A stretch of 64,000 nucleotides of DNA from positions 122,588 to 186,587 of the forward strand of contig JAMCSY010000004.1 of the NCBI GenBank assembly GCA_023379125.1, given 5' to 3'. Under the pieces are notes generated by a model that was not told the DNA's origin, searched no databases, and saw nothing but the letters and a program-made list of their open reading frames with translations. The number at the start of each line of letters is the position of its first letter. The stretch's first letter is position 1. The translations under genes were made by a program, and so were the position numbers. The stretch comes from Patescibacteria group bacterium (GTDB taxonomy: Bacteria > Patescibacteriota > Microgenomatia > Daviesbacterales > UBA10151). Below are positions 56,333-64,000 of this stretch, in pieces.

Positions 56333-57216
56333 AAGTAAAAGAGCTTAAACCAAAAGTTATAAAATTTAATCCAGGCAATTGGGTATTGTACGAGTTGACC
56401 ATGAAATTTTTTTTTAAACTGAGTAAAACCCTGCCACCTTTGTCGCAAAGTGGGGAACCTTGGATCATATATCCCTTCAAAATCAAAAACTTCCATACCT
56501 TGCTCCTTTGCTAATTTGAGCGCTTCCCAAACTAGTAGATAATTTGCCAATAATTTATAGCCTTGATCAGAAATACCAATATGCATATACACAGCGGTTT
56601 TATTAAAAAAACCCAGCCATAGTGCAGCAATCGGTAAAACTTGTCCCTTTTGAAAAGCAAAAATTAAAGCTGAAGAGTCTTTAAAGGCCAACATTTTTTT
56701 GAAAAATTCATCATAACCGGGGACATAAAACTTACGAACTTTGGTGACATTTTTAAGTAATTTATAAAACTGCTGGAAGGTTTGATCATCAGGAGTATTT
56801 TTGAGAAAGACCGTTTTGATCTGTAAATCGTGAGTCTGTGCCTTCTTAATATTACGACGGGCGTTTTCAGAAAAATCTTGATAGATTTTATCAATCGGTT
56901 TAGTAAGAGCGATTTCTATTGTGGCAGTATGAGAGAGGGACATATTTAGCGTTTTTTTATAACCATGAGCAACTAATTCTTGCTCATTGTAGTTGTTGGT
57001 TTGGGGTTCAATTACTACCATTAAAGCATGATTTTTCTTAGCTAGCTGATCAATTTCTGTCCAAGGCAGGGGGTTAAAAGGACGTTGAATTTTAATCATT
57101 GAGCAATTTATTAATGGTAATTTTTTTAAATACGCTTGGCTTTTTCCTATTTTTATTACCTGCCAACCAATTTGTGATAGAAAATTTCCCCACTGAGGTG
57201 ATTGTCTTAAGTCCAT
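56305..57216 (-). CDS. FemAB/FemX-family peptidoglycan bridge aminoacyltransferase
   Basis: QS..WG, RRNIKKA, Y.L.WE....AK..G...FDF.G, GF..FK..F. Confidence 0.88.
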   Translation of the reverse strand: MDLRQSPQWGNFLSQIGWQVIKIGKSQAYLKKLPLINCSMIKIQRPFNPLPWTEIDQLAKKNHALMVVIEPQTNNYNEQELVAHGYKKTLNMSLSHTATIEIALTKPIDKIYQDFSENARRNIKKAQTHDLQIKTVFLKNTPDDQTFQQFYKLLKNVTKVRKFYVPGYDEFFKKMLAFKDSSALIFAFQKGQVLPIAALWLGFFNKTAVYMHIGISDQGYKLLANYLLVWEALKLAKEQGMEVFDFEGIYDPRFPTLRQRWQGFTQFKKKFHGQLVQYPIAWIKFYNFWFKLFYLCNTIFTKY

Positions 57217-57219
57217 GAT

Positions 57220-58245
57220 TTATTTCCCAGTTATTTTAAGAAGTAATGATTTTAATTTAGTAGCTCGATCAATAAGTGTAAAAGCTTGATAAACAGGTTG
57301 GTTAAAAACCAGATCAAAACTACCAATATATTCAACTAAATTTGCTCCTAAGTTGGCTTTGAATCTGGTAAAACCAAACCAAGGATCATTAGGTGGAGCA
57401 TCAGGTGGTGCTGCTCCCCACAGATCAAATGTTTTTAACTTCATTTTTTTACCATAACGGATTGCTTCCCAGGCCAACAGAGTGGGGGCCATGACATGTT
57501 TATATTCAGCTGAGGATCCTCCATAGGGATAATACAAAGTGTCTTGAAAGTTAAGCAGCATCCAAGAGGCTAGTGGTATGGGTGGAAGAAGTTTATTAGG
57601 TTGATAAAAGGCAATGAGGATTTTGGCCATACCAGCTTTAGCTAAAGTTTCCCAACAAAGACGATGATAAGTTTCATTATGTCCTAAATAGCCTTGTCTG
57701 TGTGTTGTTTCAAAGTATAATTTTAAGTGGATTTCTAAAGCAGCGGGATCGTCACGTTCTTCCACCCAGACTTTATGCTTTTTAGCTACCTTGATGTTAT
57801 AACGAGTTTTCGCGTGCATCTTTATTAAGAGTTGCTCCTCACTTAGTTTTAAATCAATTAAATAATTATTCTTAGTGAAATATGGTTTGCTCGAAGGATG
57901 AAATGACTTATCAATTTTGCCATGAACCTCGTTTTTTAATGCCATTGGTTCAACTTTAATGGCTGCGCAGCTATATTGCTGGCCAATTTGTCTAAGTGCT
58001 AAAGCGAGTTGTTGATTAGGAAAAGGCCCCTTAGGTAAATAGCCTATATTTTGTTGGAGATAGGGTATTTGATGTAAATCTAACTGAAAAGCAGTTTGTA
58101 ACTTACGATGATCAAATATACCATAACGCAACACCGTTAAACCTAGTCTTTGCCTAAACTCTCCCCATTCCCAAGATTGAATAACATGAGAAACAAGTTG
58201 ATTATATTGCTTTTTATCTTGGCTGGTGATTTGTTTTAAATCCAT
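57220..58245 (-). CDS. FemAB/FemX-family peptidoglycan bridge aminoacyltransferase
   Basis: QSWEWGEF, KTRYNI..A.K, YYPYGGS, FDLWG, GFTRFK. Confidence 0.92.
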   Translation of the reverse strand: MDLKQITSQDKKQYNQLVSHVIQSWEWGEFRQRLGLTVLRYGIFDHRKLQTAFQLDLHQIPYLQQNIGYLPKGPFPNQQLALALRQIGQQYSCAAIKVEPMALKNEVHGKIDKSFHPSSKPYFTKNNYLIDLKLSEEQLLIKMHAKTRYNIKVAKKHKVWVEERDDPAALEIHLKLYFETTHRQGYLGHNETYHRLCWETLAKAGMAKILIAFYQPNKLLPPIPLASWMLLNFQDTLYYPYGGSSAEYKHVMAPTLLAWEAIRYGKKMKLKTFDLWGAAPPDAPPNDPWFGFTRFKANLGANLVEYIGSFDLVFNQPVYQAFTLIDRATKLKSLLLKITGK

Positions 58246-58337
58246 CAGCTATAATTTTAGCTTATATTCAGACTTTACTCAAAACCTAGATTTGAAATAT
58301 TGCTTAAATTGTGAGAGAATAGCCGATAGAAAAATAT

Positions 58338-59012
58338 ATGGATCAAAGAACTCGACAAATTATGGTTGGAGCCTTAGCTGTTTTTATTGTGGTGGTGATT
58401 GCTGCGATTATTTACTATTTAACCAAGACAACACTACCTGGTTCGTCTACACAAACTGCCGCAGTGGTAACTCCGCCACCTTTTTATGTCACACCGAGCC
58501 CCTTTGCTAATTTGGGAACAACTTCTAATATTGCCAGTAATGGAGCAACCTTACCAAGTGGTTCAACTAATACTACTGCTCCCCTCCAGGGTACAGGTAG
58601 TTTAGCGGGCACAAAAATATATAATAGAGATAACTTTACTATTTATTATCCTGAGACTTGGGGACTACTAACATGTTCTAATTCCAAAAATATTGAATTT
58701 GATCCCACTTCTAATCAAGATTTACCACAAGTTGTCTGTAACATCGCTGTCAAACCAATCACTGTTTTAGTGTCTTCGCAATTATCTTGTTCCGGCACTA
58801 CGACAAAAATAGGTGGTTATACAGTAGTAAAATCCTCAGTCACAAAAGATGATGGTATCACCACTAACCGTTGGTGTGTTGATTTAGGGGTGACCAAATT
58901 GGATATTACCGATCGAGTAGCTGCGACTGGTGCCCGGGCAACTGCAACTCAAGATTATAGTAGTCAAATTGAACAGCTGATTCAGAACATTAAAGTTGCT
59001 GGTGCTTCTTAA
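58338..59012 (+). CDS. Membrane-anchored surface protein (T/S-rich linker, Cys-containing domain)
   Basis: N-terminal TM; FTIYYP..W; four Cys. Confidence 0.7.
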   Translation: MDQRTRQIMVGALAVFIVVVIAAIIYYLTKTTLPGSSTQTAAVVTPPPFYVTPSPFANLGTTSNIASNGATLPSGSTNTTAPLQGTGSLAGTKIYNRDNFTIYYPETWGLLTCSNSKNIEFDPTSNQDLPQVVCNIAVKPITVLVSSQLSCSGTTTKIGGYTVVKSSVTKDDGITTNRWCVDLGVTKLDITDRVAATGARATATQDYSSQIEQLIQNIKVAGAS

Positions 59013-59070
59013 TTGCTCCTTTTAAATTCGACAATTGTGCTTAGATCTTCTCTGTGCATAAAATTAGCTG

Positions 59071-60309
59071 GTGGCCAAATTATTACCAATACACAGACCA
59101 AAAAGCATCTTAAAGGAAAAATTTTTATTAGCAGGAATTTTACTGTTTTGTCTAGTCTTTAGTTTTTTAATTTGGCAAAAACTATTTTTTATTCAGCAGA
59201 GTCATTTTACTGATTTAGCTGCTGCCTTACTGCAAGGCAAACTAGCCTTGGTGCCTCCTGTTAAATATAGTGCTTGGCAAGATACTGCCTTTTTTCAGGG
59301 TAAATACTATGTTTATTTTGGTCCCATTCCAGCTTTGTTATTACTACCATGTGTTGCCTTGTTTGGTTCAGGCTTTAATCAGCAAGTTTTGAGCATTCTA
59401 TTAGTAGCAGTTAATTTTTATTTGTTATTTAGATTGGCTAAAAAACTTGGCTTGTCTACTTTAGATGCTTGCTGGCTTAGCATTGCTTTGGTTTTTGGCT
59501 CAGTCTTAACCTTTGTAAGTTTGGTTAATATTTCTGCCTATTTAGTACAAGTAGTTGGCTTTACTTTATTACTTCTGGCTGTATATGAGTTTTTGAACCA
59601 AAAACGGTATTGGCTAGTTGGGATTTTGTTAGCTCTTGCTGGCATGACGAGACCCAGTTTGTATTTTGGGGCTAGTTTTTTTATTTTGACAATTGCATTT
59701 TCTCAACAATCAGGTAAAACACTGAAATTAATGAGCTTTTTGTTACCAGTTATATTTAGTTTAGGAATCTTAGGTGGTTATAATTTTGCCCGCTTTGGCG
59801 ATATTTTAAATGGTGGTTACTCTTATAACACCACTTGGCCTCCAGGAATGAAAGAGGCTGTAGAATTTGGGCTATTCTCACCCAGACATATTCTAGGTAA
59901 TCTTTATTTCCTCTTCTTTAAAGGTCCGGATCCAGTCAGAATTTCTGACTTAAGTTATGTTTTAAAAGCTCCGTTTTTGAAAGCTAGTGAATGGGGCATG
60001 GGAATTTTTTACACCTCACCTATTTTTTTGTACCTGGCTCAGCTAAAAATCAAAGATCGACTTGTGCAGTACTTGCTTGCTGGTGTAGTTATTGGACTGC
60101 TACCAGCCTTAACTTATGCTGGAATTGGTTTGTGGCAGTATGGTTACCGTTACGCAGTTGATATCTACCCATTTCTTTTGGTGTTATTGTGTTTGGTGTT
60201 TAAGGAACGAGGGGTGCCAAATTTAGCCAAAGTGCTGATTGTTTATTCCTTAATTTTCAATTTCTATTTAATGGGGAGTCCTTGGGGAGTATATCCAGTT
60301 AACTTCTGA
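59071..60309 (+). CDS. Polytopic membrane protein, GT-C (ArnT/PMT-like) glycosyltransferase candidate
   Basis: D.....GKYYVYFGP.PA, TRP, YN.ARFG, G..Q.GYRY..D; about 11 TMs. Confidence 0.6.
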   Translation: MAKLLPIHRPKSILKEKFLLAGILLFCLVFSFLIWQKLFFIQQSHFTDLAAALLQGKLALVPPVKYSAWQDTAFFQGKYYVYFGPIPALLLLPCVALFGSGFNQQVLSILLVAVNFYLLFRLAKKLGLSTLDACWLSIALVFGSVLTFVSLVNISAYLVQVVGFTLLLLAVYEFLNQKRYWLVGILLALAGMTRPSLYFGASFFILTIAFSQQSGKTLKLMSFLLPVIFSLGILGGYNFARFGDILNGGYSYNTTWPPGMKEAVEFGLFSPRHILGNLYFLFFKGPDPVRISDLSYVLKAPFLKASEWGMGIFYTSPIFLYLAQLKIKDRLVQYLLAGVVIGLLPALTYAGIGLWQYGYRYAVDIYPFLLVLLCLVFKERGVPNLAKVLIVYSLIFNFYLMGSPWGVYPVNF

Positions 60310-60999
60310 TTAGAAAATCTTCACGTTAGCTTGTTGTTTGAGGGTTTGGAATTTGTCTGAAAAAACTTGCTGCAACTTTTGTTGTTGCAAAGCATCTTTT
60401 GCTTCTTGCTGTTGTTGAGCTGAATCAGAGGAGCTAAATTGTCCTTGGTTATTTTTTATGTATTGATTAATTTCATCTGCGGAAACTGTTGCCTCATTAG
60501 AGTAAAGTTTTTCAATAATTAGGTTAATTTTTACTTGGTCTCTGAGAGATTGTCTGTCTTGCCCTTGTTGAGAGAGTAGCGAATCCAAAGTGGATGCTCC
60601 ACCAACACTTTGTTCGATTTGTGTAATTCTGTTATCAATATCAGCATTTGTTACAACCACGCCTTGTTTTTGGGCCTCGTCTGTTAGGATCTTCTCATTG
60701 ATTAATTGGTTAAGTACTTGTGATCGATATTGTTGATTTAAAGCATTTTGTAGCTCTAGGTTGGTAATTGGGGCTCCGTCAACGGTAGCTGCAATAAACC
60801 AACTTTTCTTGTAATAGGCTAGGGCTAATAAAACAACAAAAATTAAGACGATAATCAATCCTTTGGAAAAACGAAAACCTCGTAGAGGGTTTGATGGTAA
60901 AACTAAAGTTCGCTGAGCCTTGCGCGGACTAGTAATAGATGACTGCTCCGCCTCCTCAGATTGTGTGGTTGCTTTATGTGCCTTGCTAGATCTGGGCAT
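60310..60999 (-). CDS. SurA/PrsA N-terminal-domain chaperone (no PPIase domain)
   Basis: TM; AATVDG.PIT, L..LI.EK.L..EA...G, L.Q.ANVKI. Confidence 0.8.
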   Translation of the reverse strand: MPRSSKAHKATTQSEEAEQSSITSPRKAQRTLVLPSNPLRGFRFSKGLIIVLIFVVLLALAYYKKSWFIAATVDGAPITNLELQNALNQQYRSQVLNQLINEKILTDEAQKQGVVVTNADIDNRITQIEQSVGGASTLDSLLSQQGQDRQSLRDQVKINLIIEKLYSNEATVSADEINQYIKNNQGQFSSSDSAQQQQEAKDALQQQKLQQVFSDKFQTLKQQANVKIF

Positions 61000-61066
61000 G
61001 AGGTGATGTTAGCAGATGAGTTTATTTTTGACAATAGGCCAATCTTAGAGGACAATCAAAGAAGAA

Positions 61067-61756
61067 ATGAAAAAAAGTGGGCAAGAGCGAGGTTTAGCAG
61101 GTTTAATGGTGGTTTTGGGGATGATTCTCCTGGCTGGCATGCTGACTGGTGCCTATGTGATGACTCATTATGGGTTATATAACTCGGATGGATCACGCAT
61201 GTCAGCTGGTGATGCTTTCGACTATACTTTTTTAGACAAACCACCTACCCCAACACCGGATTTAACTCGCGACTGGATGACCTATCCTAGCAAAATCAAT
61301 CACTATGTCATTCGGGTGCCACAAGGTTGGCGGGTTGATGATTCGGTAGGGAGTTTTATTAATTCTTCTGGTGAGGTTGTGTTTACTCCACCTGCTGGTT
61401 TAAGTCTTGATAGAACGACAGCCAAAGTAACAGTGGTAGCCTTAACTTCTCCTAACACCCGATACCCGCTAAACAGCCGAGATCAATTTACTCAGTGGTT
61501 AAATGAACCAGCTTCGCCTAGTGCCAGCGAAAGAATATTTAAGTTAGCCAATGCTCAATTGGATGGGCTAGAGGCAGTGGAATATGTCAGTCGTAGCTTA
61601 CCCACAGATAATGGCGCGCAGTATTACAATATTGTAACTTGGCTGCAAAAGGATTCAATTAATTATTATATTGAACTTAGTGGAACACTAGATCAAGTTA
61701 ATCAGATTCGTGATACTTATGAGCAAATTTTAACTACCTTCCGTTTTGCTAATTAA
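61067..61756 (+). CDS. Surface protein with pilin-like leader and PsbP-like domain
   Basis: ERG|LAGLMVVLG, PTPTP, W.TY......Y...VP.GW, ILTTFRF C-terminus. Confidence 0.65.
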   Translation: MKKSGQERGLAGLMVVLGMILLAGMLTGAYVMTHYGLYNSDGSRMSAGDAFDYTFLDKPPTPTPDLTRDWMTYPSKINHYVIRVPQGWRVDDSVGSFINSSGEVVFTPPAGLSLDRTTAKVTVVALTSPNTRYPLNSRDQFTQWLNEPASPSASERIFKLANAQLDGLEAVEYVSRSLPTDNGAQYYNIVTWLQKDSINYYIELSGTLDQVNQIRDTYEQILTTFRFAN

Positions 61757-62456
61757 GTATATAAATATCCACAAAGTGAGCATACCAACCTGCGGTGTGG
61801 GCATCAGGAAAACCTAGATCGATAATGTTACCTTTTATTGCTCCTCCAGTATCCCCAGCAATAGCGGGGCCATATCCCGGTACATAAACTTTCGAACCCA
61901 ATTTTATGATAGTTGGATCAACAGCGATTACTCCCTTGCCTTGTGGCAGACCTGTTGCTGTCCAGGCACTACAGCCTAGACAGTGTGAATCATAGTGAGT
62001 GGCCCAAACATGAAGTTTTTTCCAGTAACGAATTTGGCCATCTGGTGTATCTAGGGTTCGCCAAACAATCTTAGTGCCGCGTGAGATAATTTTATCCTGG
62101 GGTGGAATAATCTCTGTCCCCACAATTTCGCGGCTATATTCACGCCCTTCGTAATAAGTAATTTTAGTAATTATAGTTTTGCTTCCGTCCTTACCCTCAT
62201 TTAATGTAGTGTCTATACCTGCCTCGGTATTAGGATCGTCTTTATAAACAGTTTGCCGAGGGATGGCGATAGTATTATCGATTAAGCTGTCAGAGAATAA
62301 GGAATTGGTTTTGATTGGTTGTAGGTTAGCAGGTGTGGGTGAGATTGGCGGTGGATCAGCAGGTGGCTGGAAAACGCTAGCTCCTAAAATCACAGGCTGT
62401 TTGGCAAAAAATAGTGCTGCTATCAAGATGATCAGGCCACCAATTAGTGCTTGCAT
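61749..62456 (-). CDS. G5 plus 3D domain protein (Rpf/YabE-like cell-wall enzyme)
   Basis: G5 (EG.DG.K...P...II..GT); 3D (AT.Y, TATG, IAVDP..I.LGS.VYVPGYG..IAGDTGGAIKG..IDL). Confidence 0.9.
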   Translation of the reverse strand: MQALIGGLIILIAALFFAKQPVILGASVFQPPADPPPISPTPANLQPIKTNSLFSDSLIDNTIAIPRQTVYKDDPNTEAGIDTTLNEGKDGSKTIITKITYYEGREYSREIVGTEIIPPQDKIISRGTKIVWRTLDTPDGQIRYWKKLHVWATHYDSHCLGCSAWTATGLPQGKGVIAVDPTIIKLGSKVYVPGYGPAIAGDTGGAIKGNIIDLGFPDAHTAGWYAHFVDIYILN

Positions 62457-62494
62457 CTTAAAAGATAATATCAAATTCCCAAAAAGCTGTTAAA

Positions 62495-64000
62495 CTAGTC
62501 GTTGAGCCAATCGTCCTGATCTCGAGATTGAAAAACATCCTCATTAGTGTCTTCAAGATCTTGATAATTAATATTACTCTGAGTGAGCTCTTCTGGAATA
62601 TCCATGATAAAGCGTGAAACTAGATTATTTGATCTAGTCCCAAAAAATAACCGTTGCCTAGTGTAGGTGAGAAACAAAAACTGTTTAGCACGGGTGATTC
62701 CTACATAACACAACCTTCTTTCTTCTTCCATTTCTTGAGGGTCAAGTAAGCAGCGTGAGTGAGGGAATAATCCTTCTTCCATACCCACCATAAACACTAC
62801 TGGCCATTCTAAACCTTTGGCTTGATGCAAGGTTGTAAGAGTTACCCGTTCTGATTTATTGTTTTTTTGTTTCTCATCTGATGAATACTCGCTTTCTACC
62901 AGAGCTACATTTTCTAAAAAATCAGTGAGGTTGGGGAACTGTTCTGCTACTGAACCGAGTTCTTTAACATTTTCCACCCGAGCCTTACCAGTTTCTGTTT
63001 GATCGTCAATGTAGTCTAGGTAGCCAGTGTGGGTGAGAATCAGATCCATAATTTCTAAAGTGGAATAGTTAACTAAATTGGTGTAGATTTCTTGGTATAA
63101 ATTATCAAACTTGGCTAGTCGGCCTTTGCCAATTTTTTCTGCTCTGGAACGGCTGACAGAATCAGTAGGATTAATCATCAATTTTAAATAAGCCAAGATG
63201 TCTTTAATCTCTTTGCGCTCATAGAATCTTGTTCCGCCGACTAAAATATAAGGCAGTCCGCTTTTTAGAAACACTTCTTCTAGGCTTCGTGATTGGGCAT
63301 TAGTGCGATAAAGTACGGCATAGCTAGATAGTGGTAAATGCAGCTCGTTGATCTGTTTGGCTAAAAACATCGCTTCTTCTGTCTCATTGCGCAATTGCAC
63401 TATTTGTATTTTTGAACCAGCTTCGTTTCTGGTCCAGAGTTTCAGAATTGGATGGGAACGATTTTTAGAAATAACTGCATAAGCAGTATCTAAAATGTTT
63501 TGAGTTGAACGATAATTTTGTTCTAAATTAAAGATTTTGGCCTGAGGGTAATCTCTTTCGAAATTAACAATGTTACGAAAGTCTGCCCCTCTGAACATAT
63601 AAATTGATTGCGAGGCATCACCTACCACACAAATATTTTTATGACGCCTGGCTAGTAATTTAGAGAGTAAATATTGGACAGGGTTTGTATCTTGATATTC
63701 ATCAATTAAGATATATTGGAATTGGATTTGATATCTTTGTAGAACTTCTGGATAGTTTTGAAAGAGTTTAACTGTTAGCAACATTAAATCATCAAAATCT
63801 ACTGCCTGATTTTTGTCCAAAATTTCTTGATACTTTAAGTAAACTTTAGCCACAGTTTCCTGAAAAAAGCCTCGAGCATATTGAGGATATTCCGTGGCAG
63901 AAAGCATCTCATTTTTAGCTTGAGAAATCGTGTTCTTGATAGATGTGGGTGAGTTCTTTTGAGAAGATAAATCAAGGGTGACCATTGCCTGCTTGACAGC
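62495..64000 (-). CDS. pcrA: ATP-dependent DNA helicase PcrA/UvrD (5' partial)
   Basis: DFDDL, IDEYQDTN, VGD..QSIY.FRGA, LEQNYRS, YRTNAQSR, KGLEW, EERRLCYVGITRA. Confidence 0.95.
   Translation of the reverse strand, partial: AVKQAMVTLDLSSQKNSPTSIKNTISQAKNEMLSATEYPQYARGFFQETVAKVYLKYQEILDKNQAVDFDDLMLLTVKLFQNYPEVLQRYQIQFQYILIDEYQDTNPVQYLLSKLLARRHKNICVVGDASQSIYMFRGADFRNIVNFERDYPQAKIFNLEQNYRSTQNILDTAYAVISKNRSHPILKLWTRNEAGSKIQIVQLRNETEEAMFLAKQINELHLPLSSYAVLYRTNAQSRSLEEVFLKSGLPYILVGGTRFYERKEIKDILAYLKLMINPTDSVSRSRAEKIGKGRLAKFDNLYQEIYTNLVNYSTLEIMDLILTHTGYLDYIDDQTETGKARVENVKELGSVAEQFPNLTDFLENVALVESEYSSDEKQKNNKSERVTLTTLHQAKGLEWPVVFMVGMEEGLFPHSRCLLDPQEMEEERRLCYVGITRAKQFLFLTYTRQRLFFGTRSNNLVSRFIMDIPEELTQSNINYQDLEDTNEDVFQSRDQDDWLND

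Noticed and set aside
1-64000. tRNA/rRNA genes, intact transposases, prophage, alternative genetic code 25
   Set aside because: No cloverleaf or rRNA signatures seen in intergenic gaps, no transposase or phage ORFs recognised, and TGA terminates conserved genes such as rnpA and dnaA.

Overview
Replication-origin region of a reduced-genome bacterium. Gene content and style point to Patescibacteria/CPR, probably Microgenomates (inference). It uses the standard code 11, since TGA serves as a stop. From left to right: (i) a CPR-type T4SS-like cluster (VirB6/TrbL-like, PrgI, VirB4, a CHAP-tipped protein, two Ig-like proteins) interrupted by two minus-strand hypothetical genes; (ii) dnaN, a membrane-anchored Holliday-junction-resolvase-like nuclease, oriC with DnaA boxes, dnaA, then rpmH-rnpA-yidD-yidC-jag; (iii) housekeeping genes (rnhA, rplY, valS, tsaD, thpR, murB, groES/groEL, hsp20, tatD, metG, sbcD-NUDIX-sbcC, pcrA) mixed with many envelope and surface genes. 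The strongest unexpected signal is a compact cobalamin riboswitch on the minus strand (about 4128-4282). It has its own promoter and a plausible SD-sequestering kissing-loop platform, and it precedes an uncharacterised Cys-rich zinc-ribbon protein inside the T4SS-like cluster rather than a known B12 gene. Other signals are widespread leaderless-type promoter architecture, CIRCE elements at hsp20 and groES, a repeat-containing structured leader before a PEGA-SH3 gene, and a candidate ~180-nt structured RNA before rplY. I found no tRNA, rRNA, CRISPR array or intact transposase. All calls are by eye, without database searches.
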